From assembly GCF_006345805.1 (NCBI RefSeq), contig NC_043018.1:22196001-22260000 (forward strand): a stretch of 64,000 nt of DNA, given 5' to 3'. Made by a program: the position numbers and the translations under genes. Positions 1-11,313 of this stretch are shown one piece after another (positions within the stretch are counted from its first letter, which is position 1; each line of letters begins with the position of its first letter). Under the pieces are notes generated by a model. It ran no database searches. It was not told the origin of the DNA and saw nothing but the letters and a program-made list of their open reading frames with translations. The DNA comes from Octopus sinensis (taxonomy: Eukaryota).

Positions 1-200
1 AAGCATGATTTGGTAGATGGAAACTGATAGAATACTAAGGTGTATATAAATATGTGTGTGTGTGTGTGTGTGTGATCCATAACCGCTGTTGATTTGCGTG
101 CTCCAATCACGTAGCAGTTCGCTAAAAGAGATAGAATAGGTGCGGCGGGGTCGATTTGTTCGACTGAAACCCTTCGAGGCGGCATTTCAATGACCGAAAC
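1..200 (+). mobile_element. Degenerate family A (CORE-like) SINE, truncated by window start
   Basis: gatttggtagatggaaactga, (TG)n, then ggggtcgatttgttcgact and aatgaccgaaac tail motifs as in intact family A copies. Confidence 0.6.
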
Positions 201-239
201 AAAAAGTTAAAAAACAGACAGACAAACTGAAAATAACAT

Positions 240-669
240 ATATGCAATATATATATATATATATACATACATGTATATATATATATACACATACATGTAT
301 AAATATATATACATACATGTATAAATATATATACATACATGTATAAATATATATACATACATATATAAATATATATACATATACATATATAAATATATAT
401 ACATATACATATATAAATATATATACATATATAAATATATACATATATATAATAAATATATATACATATATATAATATACATATACATACACATACATAT
501 AATATACATATACATACATATAATATACATACATACATATATATACATACATATACTTATACATACATATACATACATATACATACATATACATATATAC
601 ATACATATACATATATACATACATATACATACATATATATATACATAGATATACATATATATAGAATGC

Positions 670-702
<33 letters not shown>

Positions 703-720
703 ATGTATATATATATATAT
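240..720. repeat. Compound (TA)/(TACA)/(GA) microsatellite
   Basis: Direct; explains the Y/I/C/M-rich spurious ORFs 122-766. Confidence 0.95.
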
Positions 721-1699
721 AGAATGTATATAAAATATTCGTAGACAGATAAATAACGTTTAACACGAATGACAGATACCGCTATATATTTAGGTTCTTT
801 TTAACAATAAAAACGTAGAAAGAATGAGTCTGTGTGAGACAGAATTAGATGGAGAAAGAGAGACGGAAATACTACGCTTCCCTGAACTTTCGAACTTCTG
901 CAGATTTTTCTTTTTTTTTTAAGCAAAATATCTATTCAAAATATAGTGCACATTATCACACTAAACTCTTACTAATAACAACTAAACATCTTGTGAGACA
1001 TTATAACAATGAGTAAAGCAAGGTCCTAATGATTTATTTGACATTTCAAAGTCACATTACGAACATTATATAGTTGTTAATAAATTTAATATGCATAATA
1101 TGTAAATAAGAATAATGTAGCTGTTCATTCGCTAAGTGAATTCAGACTTTTTTTTTTATAAATATAGGTTAAACTGATTTATTGGAAATATGTTTTGTAT
1201 TCAGAAAAAGAGGAATCGAGGTAAAACAGTATTTTCGTTTCTATTAAGTGGATATGATAGGCGCTGCCATGGACGAGTGCCAAGAGATTTGTTTGTCAAT
1301 TGTAATGTTCCTGGTTTAGTCCTACTGCGTTGCACGCTGGGCAAGGGTCTTCTGCCATTGCTCCGCAACATTTTTTTGCTTTTGTCTTTTTTTTTCCTTG
1401 CGGCACACACATTCTTATCAGAATTCGACGGCACACCTGATCTAAAGATGTAACTAAAAGTATAGGGGTGAAAAAATTATATTCAGGTTACACTGCGGCA
1501 AACCAGTGTGCCGCAGGATACCGGTTGTGGAGCACTGGACAATAAAAGCCTTGTGAATGGTAGACAGAAACAGAAAGAAGTCCGGCACGCGCGTGTGTCC
1601 ACACGCCGTTTGACAATCGGTTTTGATTTGTTTACGTTATGTAACAGATCAATAAATAAGCACCCAACTTAAGAAAAGAAAAAAAATTACTGGGGTCGA

Positions 1700-2025
1700 C
1701 TAAACCCTTCAAAGAGGTGCTCCAGCCGTAAAAGACAAAAGTGAATTTATTCGTAGTTCATAAGTTGTATTTATTTCATTGTTCTCGACGATAAAGAAAT
1801 CCTTTTTGCTGGTCATCCCTGCAAAAATCGCCGAGAAAATGTTTAAACCCTTCAAAGAGGTGCCCCAGCGTGGTCGCAGTCTAATGACAGAAAACCGTAA
1901 AAGACAAAAGTGAATTTACTCGTAGGTCATAGGTGTGTCTTTATTTCATTGTTCTCGACGATAAAGAAATCCCTTTCGCTGGTCATCCCTGCAAAAATCG
2001 CCGAGAAAATTACTAAATGTTTAAA
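1700..2025 (+). repeat. Local direct duplication of about 140-180 bp starting in a SINE A tail
   Basis: aacccttcaaagaggtg...cgtaaaagacaaaagtgaattt...ctgcaaaaatcgccgagaaaat occurs twice. Confidence 0.85.
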
Positions 2026-2097
2026 CCGTAGTTCTCGCCTTTTAATGCTACAAATTATGGTAGAATATTGGCAGAAAGAAATAAACCTCTTTCTTAC

Positions 2098-2148
2098 TAT
2101 TTATATCAATGTGTTGGTAAATTCCTTGCCAATCTTTCAGACAGAACT
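2098..2148 (-). CDS. Candidate 51-nt phase 1-1 coding exon (EFCLKDWQGIYQHIDIN), product unknown
   Basis: Minus strand acceptor ctcacgtcactctacag, donor gtaaga, only one frame open; no homology recognised. Confidence 0.3.
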
Positions 2149-2329
2149 CTGTAGAGTGACGTGAGTGTGTGTTTTCTTTTTCGTGTGAGTTTACTAGAAA
2201 GACTCCATTGTATTCCATTTCTATGTAGCAAATATTTCGTACGAGGAAACATGAGAAGCAGAATGCCCTCGTTGGCTGAATGTCAGGCTGTGTGTTATGT
2301 GGATAAAGACATTTCTATAAGTATCTATG

Positions 2330-2401
2330 CAGAAGCACTCAATAATATATACATATATGCGTGTGTGCTTTGTATACATACATACGTGTGTGTGTATACG
2401 C

Positions 2402-2432
<31 letters not shown>

Positions 2433-3060
2433 TAAATTAGTATATGTATTCATGTGCATACACACACACATATATATACACACACATGCATATACATGAA
2501 TATATATATAAATACACATGCATATACATGAATATATAATATATATATATATACACATACAAACATGCATATACATGTATATCCATGTTTGTTTATATAT
2601 ATATATATGCCACACACACACACATATATATAAACGTGCATATTCATACAAAACATTCATATCCATAAACATATATATACATGCATATACATGAATATAT
2701 ATATATATATATTATATATATCACATACAAACATGCATATACATGTATATCCATGTTTTTATATATATATATATATATATATATCTATATACACATACAA
2801 ACATGCATATACATGTATATCCATGTTTTTATATATATATATATATATATACACATATATAAACGTGCATATCATATAAACATTCATATCCATAAACATA
2901 TATATATATATATACACTTATATAAACGTGCATATTCATATAAACATTCATATCCATATATATATAATATATATATATAACACACATATATAAACGTGCA
3001 TATTCATACAAACCATTCATATCCATAAACATATATATATATATGAGAGAGAGAGAGCTG
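2330..3060. repeat. Microsatellite-derived minisatellite tract
   Basis: Repeated units atacaaacatgcatatacatgtatatccatgttt and taaacgtgcatattcata...cattcatatccataaac separated by (TA)n. Confidence 0.9.
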
Positions 3061-3430
3061 TGTTATGTGTATGTACATAGAAATATCCATGTGCATATGC
3101 GTTTACAATTGTCTGTATAGATCTCTATCGCTGTATTCACAAAGTGTTCGTTCTCAGAGGCCTCTGCTCTCCAACAAAACAAAGCAGTCAGCGAATGCAT
3201 TGAAGTCAGTAAAACTATTTGTATTTCAGTGCGTTTGCTCACGTCTAGTATTACCACTTGTCCGCAGAGACCTATTACAAGCAGGTTAACATTCTATAAT
3301 ACTTGCAATAATAATTGACGAATTTTAATTTTAAATTTCATATTTCCATTTATTTATTTTTGATTCTGTTCCATATTTTCTTTACGTATGTGAACTTCCA
3401 TAAAACTCTACTATTTCCACACATATTAAC

Positions 3431-3663
3431 TATTTCTTTACTGCCCACAAGGGGCTAAACACAGAAGGGACAAACAAGGACAGACATAGGTATCAAGTCG
3501 ATTACATCGATCCCCCAGTGCGTAACTGGTACTTAATTTATCGACCCCGAAAGGATGAAAGGCAAAGTGGACCTCGGCGGAATTTGAACCCTGAACGTAA
3601 CGGCAGACGAAATACGGCTACGCATTTCGCCCGGCGTGCTAACGGTTCTGCCAGCTCGCCGCC
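3431..3663 (-). mobile_element. Full-length family B (Meta-domain-like, long tail) tRNA-derived SINE with TSD
   Basis: tRNA-like head ggcggcgagctggcagaa...gttcaaattcc, gtcgactttgcctttcatcctttcggggtcgat body; TSD tccacacatattaac at 3416-3430 and 3664-3678. Confidence 0.9.
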
Positions 3664-3695
3664 TCCACACATATTAACATATATATGATATATGT

Positions 3696-4056
3696 GGAAG
3701 CGCCATGGCCCGGTGGTTATGGCAGCAGACACGCGGTTATAGGATCACGGTTTCGATTCCCAGCACCGAACGTTGCGAGTATTTATTGAGCGAAAATATT
3801 TAGAGCTCCACGAAATTCCGGCAGGGTGTGGTGGCGAACCCTACTGTACTCTTTCACACAACTTTCCCTCACTCTTTCTTCCTGTTTCTGTTGTACCTGT
3901 ATTTCAAAGGACTAGCCTCGTCACACTCTGAATCTCCCCGAGAACTACGTTAAGAGTACACGTGTCTGTGGAGTGCTCAGCCACTTGCACGTTAATTTCA
4001 CGAGCAGGCTGTTCCGATGGTTGGATCAACTGGAGCCCTCGTCGTCGTAACCGGAA
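3696..4056 (+). mobile_element. Family C tRNA-derived SINE, long-tail form
   Basis: A box tggcccggtgg, B box ggtttcgattcc; body and tail match 63635-64000. Confidence 0.85.
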
Positions 4057-4124
4057 CACGTCTTCACGCAAAGCGGCAACCGGTACGGGGCTGTAGCGTT
4101 GGCGTCGGACTCGGCATCCCCTAA

Positions 4125-4294
4125 GCGTAGGAGTGTCCATGTGGTAAGTAGCTTGTTTACCAACCACGTGGTTCCGGGTTCAGTCCCACTGCGTGGAACC
4201 TATGGCAAGTGTCTTCTACTATTGCCTCGGGCCAAACAAAGCCTTGTGAATGGATTTGGTAGACGGAAACTGAAAGAAGCCCGTCGTATGTTTG

Positions 4295-4326
<32 letters not shown>

Positions 4327-4540
4327 CGTATGTGTGTATGTTTGTGTGTCTGTGTTTGTCCCCCCAACATCGCTTGACAACCGATGCTGGTGTATTTACT
4401 TCCCCGTAATTTAGCGGTTCGGCAAAAGATAGAATAAGTACTAGGCTTACAAAGAATAAGACCTGGGGTCGATTTGCTCAACTAAAGATGGTGCTCCAGC
4501 ATGGCCACAGTCAAATGACTGAAGCAAGTTAAAGAGAAAG
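4125..4540 (+). mobile_element. Family A CORE-like SINE
   Basis: gtggtaagtagcttg head, ggttcagtccc B box, ggcaagtgtctt CORE-like motif, central (TA)/(TG) tract, ccagcatggcc tail. Confidence 0.9.
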
Positions 4541-4545
4541 ATATA

Positions 4546-5077
4546 CAGGGTGTCCCAAAAAAATGTATACACACCTTAAATAATTGTAAATTTGGGGTTT
4601 ATTATAATTCGAATAATTTTCAACATGTAAAAGAATTTACAAATATCATTCTAATGTCCTTGTTATCGCATGTCTCAAAACTGATGTCCGTTCTGCTCCA
4701 GACACTGCTGACAACGCGAAGCGATGGAATGGCACACATCATGGAACAATTCCTTGGGATATTCGTACATTCATGTTCAATGGTTCCCTCAATTGACGAC
4801 TGTTGCAGGTTTCTGTGCGTAGACTTGTCCTTTAGGTATCCCCATAAAAGGAAGTCTAGTGGTGTGAGGTCTGGTGAACGTGGAGGGTATTCGACAAAAC
4901 CTCTCCGTCCAATCCACCTGTTGGCAAGATCCCATCAAGAAAGGATCAACATCGCGATGGTAGTGTGGAGGTGCCCCATCTTGCTGGAAATAAAACTCTT
5001 CCTGTTCAAAGTCCTCTCTAATGCTTGGCAATAACAGACTGTTGCAGCAAGTGTATATATTTTTTTGGGACACCCTG
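4546..5077 (-). mobile_element. Tc1/mariner internal-deletion derivative (532 bp)
   Basis: TIRs cagggtgtcccaaaaaaatgtatacac / gtgtatatatttttttgggacaccctg, TA duplication on both sides. Confidence 0.92.
4680..5030 (-). pseudogene. Frameshifted C-terminal Tc1/mariner transposase fragment
   Basis: FYFQQDGAPPHY then, after a frameshift, WIGRRG..EYPPRSPDLTPLDF.LWGYLKDKVY..KP, the motifs around catalytic residues 2 and 3. Confidence 0.9.
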
Positions 5078-5702
5078 TATATATATATTTGTAAACGATC
5101 GTGTGTTTTTATTAATCTGTGAGGGGAAAGAATTGGTAAATTTCCGCGAAGGAATAGATGTATATATTGATTGACAGGCTAAATAGATGTATGTAGCATA
5201 AAGCAGAAGCTAACGTTTGTCTGTAGATATATATATATACATATGGTTATGAATGAGTATCGATACGTGTATATGTTTGCTTGAAGATATGTTTCTGTAT
5301 CAATGGCGGCACATATATATTCGTGTGTGCACACGTTTGCTGATACTTTGGGATGTGAGTGCGCTTGTATGGATGTAGAATTCATGCATCCATATATATG
5401 TTTGTGAGAGAGAGAAACCATATCTATGCTGGCATAGGTATAGTTTTGTTATACATATTTATGCGGGCTGATATCTTACTCGTGTGTATGGACGCATTCT
5501 TGTATCGTTTCCATACATGTTTTATAATGGTACATAGGCGCGCACGTACAATTCTCGCATGCACAAATACCTGCATACTCACACACACATACGAACACAG
5601 AGACACACGTACGTACACACACACACACACACACTGATCACTTTTAGTTTTGTCGACTGAGTAAGAAATTCTTCCCGAGAAAGTTCTAGAAAACCAAAAC
5701 AA

Positions 5703-5848
5703 CATTCATTGTTTTAACCAGTTCGCCATTACCTTCTGCCGGAGCCGCATGGATCTTAGGTGTTTCGCTAATAAACATACTCATCACTCGGTGTGAGATT
5801 CGAACCCGCGATCCCTCGACTGCTCTAACCACTAGGCCATGTGCCTCC
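5703..5848 (-). mobile_element. Family C SINE 5' part
   Basis: Reverse complement of ggaggcacatggcctagtggttagagc...ggttcgaatc head and ctccggcagaagg body. Confidence 0.75.
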
Positions 5849-6918
5849 ACCTTCTTCCAGATGCACCAAGTAAAAAACAAATAAAATAGTCTTTCACTGT
5901 GCTTATGGCGATTTATTATCGGTTGGTAGATATCACCACGGAAACAATGAATAATTTGCTGAAATTATAAGCAAAACTATCGGCTCTCTCTCTCTCTCTG
6001 GTAATGCCTTTGGCTGAGGAGGGAGAACAATGTTGAAACACCGATTGTCGCAGAATCTCTTATGCTAATGAAACGAGTGTTACGCACACATATTCATCAT
6101 AAAAAAAGCTGTTCACGTTCGAATCTTCTAGAACGCATTAAGAATAAACATCGTAATATGTTTAAATTTCACTGAAATCTATGTACGTTAACTAAGATTA
6201 TGTTTCTCACTGTAGGTTATATATGTTAGCTAAAATTCTTTTTCTCATTACAAACAGAGTACTGAGATTATGTATTGAGATTATGTATACCACGATATGA
6301 ATATAATACTAACGGCCGCTTTGGGTGTTAGAGTTGTCTTAGAAATATTTTTACAAGAACAAATTGAGGAAAGAGAACGAAGCTTTAATAAACAGTTGAT
6401 TCATTCAACGCTGTTAAGTTGTTGCAATACATTGTGGTTATTATTAAAACTATTAAGATAGGAGATATATAGTAACTAGTACATTCAAGCTGCAGGCGTT
6501 CGCTGCTGTAAATTTAGGTGCATATCTCAAAAGCAGATTCTCAGCACAAACGTTTAAGACTTGCAATCTTGTGATATAATTACTATTTTATCCTCTTGCA
6601 GCTTAGGAAGTAACATATTATACAACACTGAATATGGAAGCACATAGGCACTAGAATTTAATGCACTAGAATTTAATTCTTTGCAGCAGCTGGCATATAA
6701 TTATAATATTGGTTTCAAATTTTGGTACATGTTAAGTAGATTACATCTACCCTTGTGCTCATCTAGTACTTATTCTATCGGGCCATTTTGCTACACCACA
6801 AAGTTATACCAATACTAATTAATGGTGGAAACAAAGAAACAAAAAGACACACACACGTACACACACATTATATATATATATATATATAATCTTTTTATCT
6901 TTCTTTCTTTCTTTTATC

Positions 6919-7265
6919 TTTTACTTGTTTCAGTCATTTGACTGCGGCCATGCTGGAGCACAGCCTTTAGTCGAGTAAATCGACCCCGGGACTTATTCTT
7001 TGTAAGCCCAGTACTTATTCTATCGGTCTCTTTTGCCGAACCGCCAAGTGACGGGGACGTAAACACACCAGCATCGGTTGTCAAGCAATGCTAGGGGGAC
7101 AAACACATATATATATATAATGTAACCGGTTTCTTTCAGCTTCCATCTAGCAAATCCACTCACAAGGCTTTAGTCGGCTTGCCCAAGATGCCGTGCAGTG
7201 GGACTGAACCCTGAGCCATGTGGTTTGGGAACCAAGCTTCTTATGACACAGTCACGCTTCTACCT
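6919..7265 (-). mobile_element. Family A CORE-like SINE
   Basis: Tail ttttacttgtttcagtcatttgactgcggccatgctggagc through head ggactgaacc...gacacagtcac. Confidence 0.85.
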
Positions 7266-7780
7266 TTCTATAACTAAAGATTTTTTAAAAAAAAAAATTC
7301 GAGGAAATTAATGTAATTTGTTTTGACCGATACTGTTTCTGCAAACCACACACACACACACATTGTGTCCTCTAATATTTGGGTTTCTCGCCTAGCCCTA
7401 TCAATCTCGACAAAGCAAATATTATCCAAACGCCCATATCTCTTCCTTTCCTTCATACCATAATACATTGACTCAAGATTTTTTTTTTTTTCCCCGTTGT
7501 TTTTTGTTTTATACTTATAATATTTTTTTCTTTCCTTGCACATAAATTCTCTTCTGTGCAATTATATTTGATTTATCATCACTTTGTTACATTTAGGAGT
7601 TACTTCGCGTCAGAGTCCATAAAGCTTTCAAACGAAAAATACAATACTTATTGTTGCTTTGGCCCAGGTCAATTCTGATTGAAGAGACCTTACGGCAAAA
7701 AGATGTTACGGTCATCCTCCCTTTTATATATATATATATATATATTCGCCATGGGCTCTTAGGAGCATAGTTCGATTTGT

Positions 7781-7861
<81 letters not shown>

Positions 7862-7862
<1 letters not shown>

Positions 7863-8157
7863 GAGGCGCAATGGCCCAGTGGTTAGGGCAGCGGACTTGC
7901 GGTTGTAGGATCGCGGTTTCGATCCCCAGACCGGGCGTTGTGAGTGTTTATTGAGCGGAAACACCTAAAGCTCCACGAGGCTCCGGCAGGGGGTGGTGGC
8001 GATCCCTGCTGTACTCTTTCGCCACAACTTTCTCTCTTTCTTCAGTTGGCCTGCTCGCTTAGCCAGCGGGGTGGCATCATTTGAAGGCTAAAGCAATGCG
8101 AAGCGCATTGTGACCAGCGATGTGTACCAACATCTGATAGCCTGGTCGGTCACGGTG
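7862..8157 (+). mobile_element. Family C SINE with alternative 3' tail
   Basis: Head and body near-identical to 63635 up to caactttctct, then unrelated tail ttggcctgctcgcttagccagcgggg...ggtcacggtga. Confidence 0.85.
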
Positions 8158-8271
8158 ATATATATATTGATAGAAATGGTAAGACAGCAAAAGAATGAAA
8201 GAGACCTCGATATTATGTAAATAGAGGAATTTATCTGTAAATATAATATGTGACAGTTATTCGGTAGCCAT

Positions 8272-8332
8272 GATAAAACTCGGAGTTTCGGATGCCGGGG
8301 CGGAAACCCACGCCGCCATCTCTTCAGTTATC
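8272..8332 (-). ncRNA. Candidate hammerhead ribozyme, inverted copy
   Basis: Reverse complement gives GAUAA CUGAAGA GAUG...CAUC CGAAAC UCCGA GUU UUAUC. Confidence 0.7.
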
Positions 8333-8361
8333 CGGCCATCGAAAAAGAAATGCTATGGCCG

Positions 8362-8422
8362 GATAACTGAAGAGATGGCGGCGTGGATTACCGCCCCGAC
8401 ATCCGAAACTCGGAGTTTTATC
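8362..8422 (+). ncRNA. Candidate minimal type I hammerhead ribozyme
   Basis: Stem I GAUAA/UUAUC, CUGAAGA, stem II GAUG...CAUC with inner GCGG/CCGC, GAAAC-UCGGA-GUU. Confidence 0.7.
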
Positions 8423-8455
8423 ATGGCTACCGAAAAATTGTGACATATTATATTT

Positions 8456-8494
<39 letters not shown>

Positions 8495-9278
8495 CATATA
8501 TGTGCATATATCTGCTTCCATTCCTAACCAGCGGGGTGTTATTCGAAATCTACAACCGTGCGGAGTGCTTTGTAACGCGCATCATATAACGACATCCGAT
8601 AATCTGTTTGAGTTACAACACAAACTATAATATCAAAGTAGGTAACACTATACGTGTAAGTAATGGATGGCGTGTATTGGATTAGAAAAAAAAAATAGAG
8701 GAAAAAGTCGAAGATTGCTCTGGGACACGAACCCATACCTTCTGTGAACATGACCGGTGTTCTAACCATTATATCAAAGCCACACACACACACTGTTTTT
8801 TTTTAACATGACAGGATATGACTTGAGAGAGGATTTGCTTGTATTACTAGCAGGCCAGACGGTGGTATAGAGCTGACTCTTAACAATGCTTTGAGGTGGA
8901 TGGGTTAGCATAAAGTGAAGAAACTTTGTGGTTTTTCCTATCTAGTTTCGTGCTCCAGGGAGCGAGGTTGAAGTTGTTAAAATAAATCAACAGCTAGCTA
9001 ATGAATAATTTAATAGCATTGTCTGAGTCTTTGATTGGTGAATACTGGGGGATTTCTTATGCACATCAAGAGATTTATAAGTTAGAAGAATAAACTCTAT
9101 TTCAGAAATCGATGCATAATATTTATTTGTAGAAAGAAAATATGTGAATAATTTATCGAAATGCTACACCGATATATATTAAGTGTGGAGGACAAAAGTC
9201 AGATTTATATACATGGTGTTTGATATAAAATGTACGTATTTGCATTTATATACGTTCACTTGTACACACACACACAAT

Positions 9279-9530
9279 AGGCGCGTGGCCTAGTGGTTCG
9301 GGAGCTTACTGCGCGATCGTGAGTTCAGTTCGTAGACCGGTCGGTGCGTTGTGTTCTTGAGAAAACCGCTTCATCTCACATTGCTCTGCGAGCACTGCGA
9401 CACCTGACGCGTGGCACAACGTGGCACCTGTTCAGACAATGTCGATTTGATGGCGGGTGGAGTGGGGGAGTTTAATATGTGGCACATACGCTTGATCATT
9501 ACAAACAAATAATTTGTGCGCAGGTTATTC
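9279..9530 (+). mobile_element. Family D tRNA-derived SINE
   Basis: aggcgcgtggcctagtggtt head, gcgttgtgttcttgagaaaac body; related minus-strand copies at 32800-33005 and 41030-41210. Confidence 0.7.
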
Positions 9531-9647
9531 AACGAGAGAGAGAGAGAACACTCCCATGTTGACTTCGACAGCAGATTCCATCATATATATACACACAAAT
9601 ATACATACGTATAAACATATACGTATGTTTGTTTATATATATATCCA

Positions 9648-9687
<40 letters not shown>

Positions 9688-9689
<2 letters not shown>

Positions 9690-10095
9690 CTCTTTACTCA
9701 TTTACTTGTTTCAGTCATCTGACCGTGGCCATGCTGGAGCACCACCTTTTAGTCGATCGAGCAAATCGACCCCAGGACTTATTCTTTGTAAGCCTAGTAC
9801 TAATTCTATTGGTCTCTTTTCCCGAATCGCTAAGTTACGGGAACGTAAACACACCAGCATCGGTTGTCAAGCGATGGTGGTTGGACAAACAGAGACACAC
9901 ACATACACATATATATATATACATGTATACGACGGGCTTCTTTCAGTTTCCTTCTACCAAATCCACTCACAAGGCTTTGGTCGGCCCAAGGCTATAGTAG
10001 AAGACACTTGCCCAAGGTGCCACGCAGTGGGAATGAACCCGGAACCATGTGGTTCATAAGCAAGCTACTTACCACACAGCCACTCCTACGCCTAC
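9688..10095 (-). mobile_element. Family A CORE-like SINE
   Basis: Complete tail, central TA tract and head in reverse complement. Confidence 0.9.
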
Positions 10096-10140
10096 ATATA
10101 TATATATAATATATATATATATTATATATATATATAATAT

Positions 10141-10311
10141 AGTAGGTCCCGGGTTGAGTCGGGGTTAACCACAGTAAATAAGGTACTCAATACATAGCAG
10201 AGTAAATTAATTTATTTATAGAAGGAGCTTCTACAGGACTAGAACTGTTTCATTCAAAAGCTTCCTGATGATTTCTTTTGAATGAAACAGTTCTAGTCCT
10301 GTAGAAGCCCC

Positions 10312-10318
<7 letters not shown>
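10141..10318. mobile_element. Penelope-like fragment with 44-bp inverted repeat (10217-10260 / 10275-10318)
   Basis: tatagaaggagcttctacaggactagaactgtttcattcaaaag and its near-perfect reverse complement; (TA)n on both sides; CTGATGA...GAAACAGTT at 10265-10292. Confidence 0.65.
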
Positions 10319-10353
<35 letters not shown>

Positions 10354-10376
10354 TGGTTCTAGGGTGGTAGTTGACG

Positions 10377-10407
<31 letters not shown>

Positions 10408-10808
10408 TATATATAAACACATACATATATATACACGCATATGCATATAGACACACATGCAAACATATACACGCCTGCACGCGCACTCAGCATTTAGGTC
10501 CAGGCATGGTGAAAGTTCACATCTACACTAACTAAACTCGTGACTACTTCCATGTAACAAGATAGAAAAAATTCCTCATAATGTTTAGTTAAAGAATTCC
10601 AGATATTTGTAAGAAATCAACCAAACTGGTCTAAATGCAGCCACTGTTTCAATGTGTTATTTTAAACCGCTGCTAATTTTATCAAAATCTCTATTATTCG
10701 AGCTTAATTTTATTTACTTATTGCTTTAACGTTTATTTTATTTCTGACATATTTTTTTGTTTCCCAAAATTTATAAACTGCAAGCTACTGTAATTCTTAT
10801 ATTACATA

Positions 10809-11249
10809 CTAGCAGCATAGCCCGGTGTTGCCCGGGTATGTAAGAGCCCCTAGTAGGCAACGGCTAATCCCAATCTGGTCCTTTCCCTCTAGGGAACGAA
10901 GGCGCACGTGTAGGTTGCAATGTCTTCTCTTCACTCGAATACTTCTGTGTATACGATGTTCCTAGCTGTCCCTTTGGGCGATAAAAAGGTCGGGTTGTGT
11001 CCCCTAGACAGGAAATGTGTTTGCATATAAAAAGCTTAGATTCTCGACCCCATGTCGAATTTATCGATTTTTTTCAGAACTGGGGGAACTTTTCAAAATC
11101 TTCGCTGCGTTAGTTTTGAATTATGACATTGGGCTATGTGTGTGTCAAGTTTCATCAGAATCGGTTGAAAGCCGTGGTCAGGGTGAGGGTACAAGCAAAC
11201 AGACACACAGAAACACGCACAGACAAACTGCCGTTTATATAGAGAGAGA
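10809..11249 (-). mobile_element. Non-autonomous Helitron
   Basis: Minus strand starts TC, ends CTAG, sits between A and T, subterminal hairpin cccgggcaacaccggg; 5' module shared with 15675-16048. Confidence 0.85.
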
Positions 11250-11313
11250 TTATGTAATTATGTGTGTGTGAATGTGTGTGCGCGCACATGTGTTCGCATG
11301 TGTGTGTATGTAA

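Larger units (their letters stand above)
8167..8458. mobile_element. Penelope-like fragment with 104-bp inverted repeat (arms 8236-8339 / 8355-8458)
   Basis: Arms differ at 7 positions, 15-nt loop, flanked by (TA)n, hammerhead motif in each arm. Confidence 0.75.

Noticed and set aside
122-766. Long ORFs rich in Y/I/C/M/V/H (also 12691-13219, 48034-50199, 61657-63078)
   Set aside because: They are translations of (TA), (CA) and (GA) microsatellites, not genes.
1455-1537. hAT-like terminus (...ccggttgtggagcactg); similar ends near 26110-26157, 37483-37545 and 51674
   Set aside because: No matching opposite terminus or 8-bp TSD could be located by eye.
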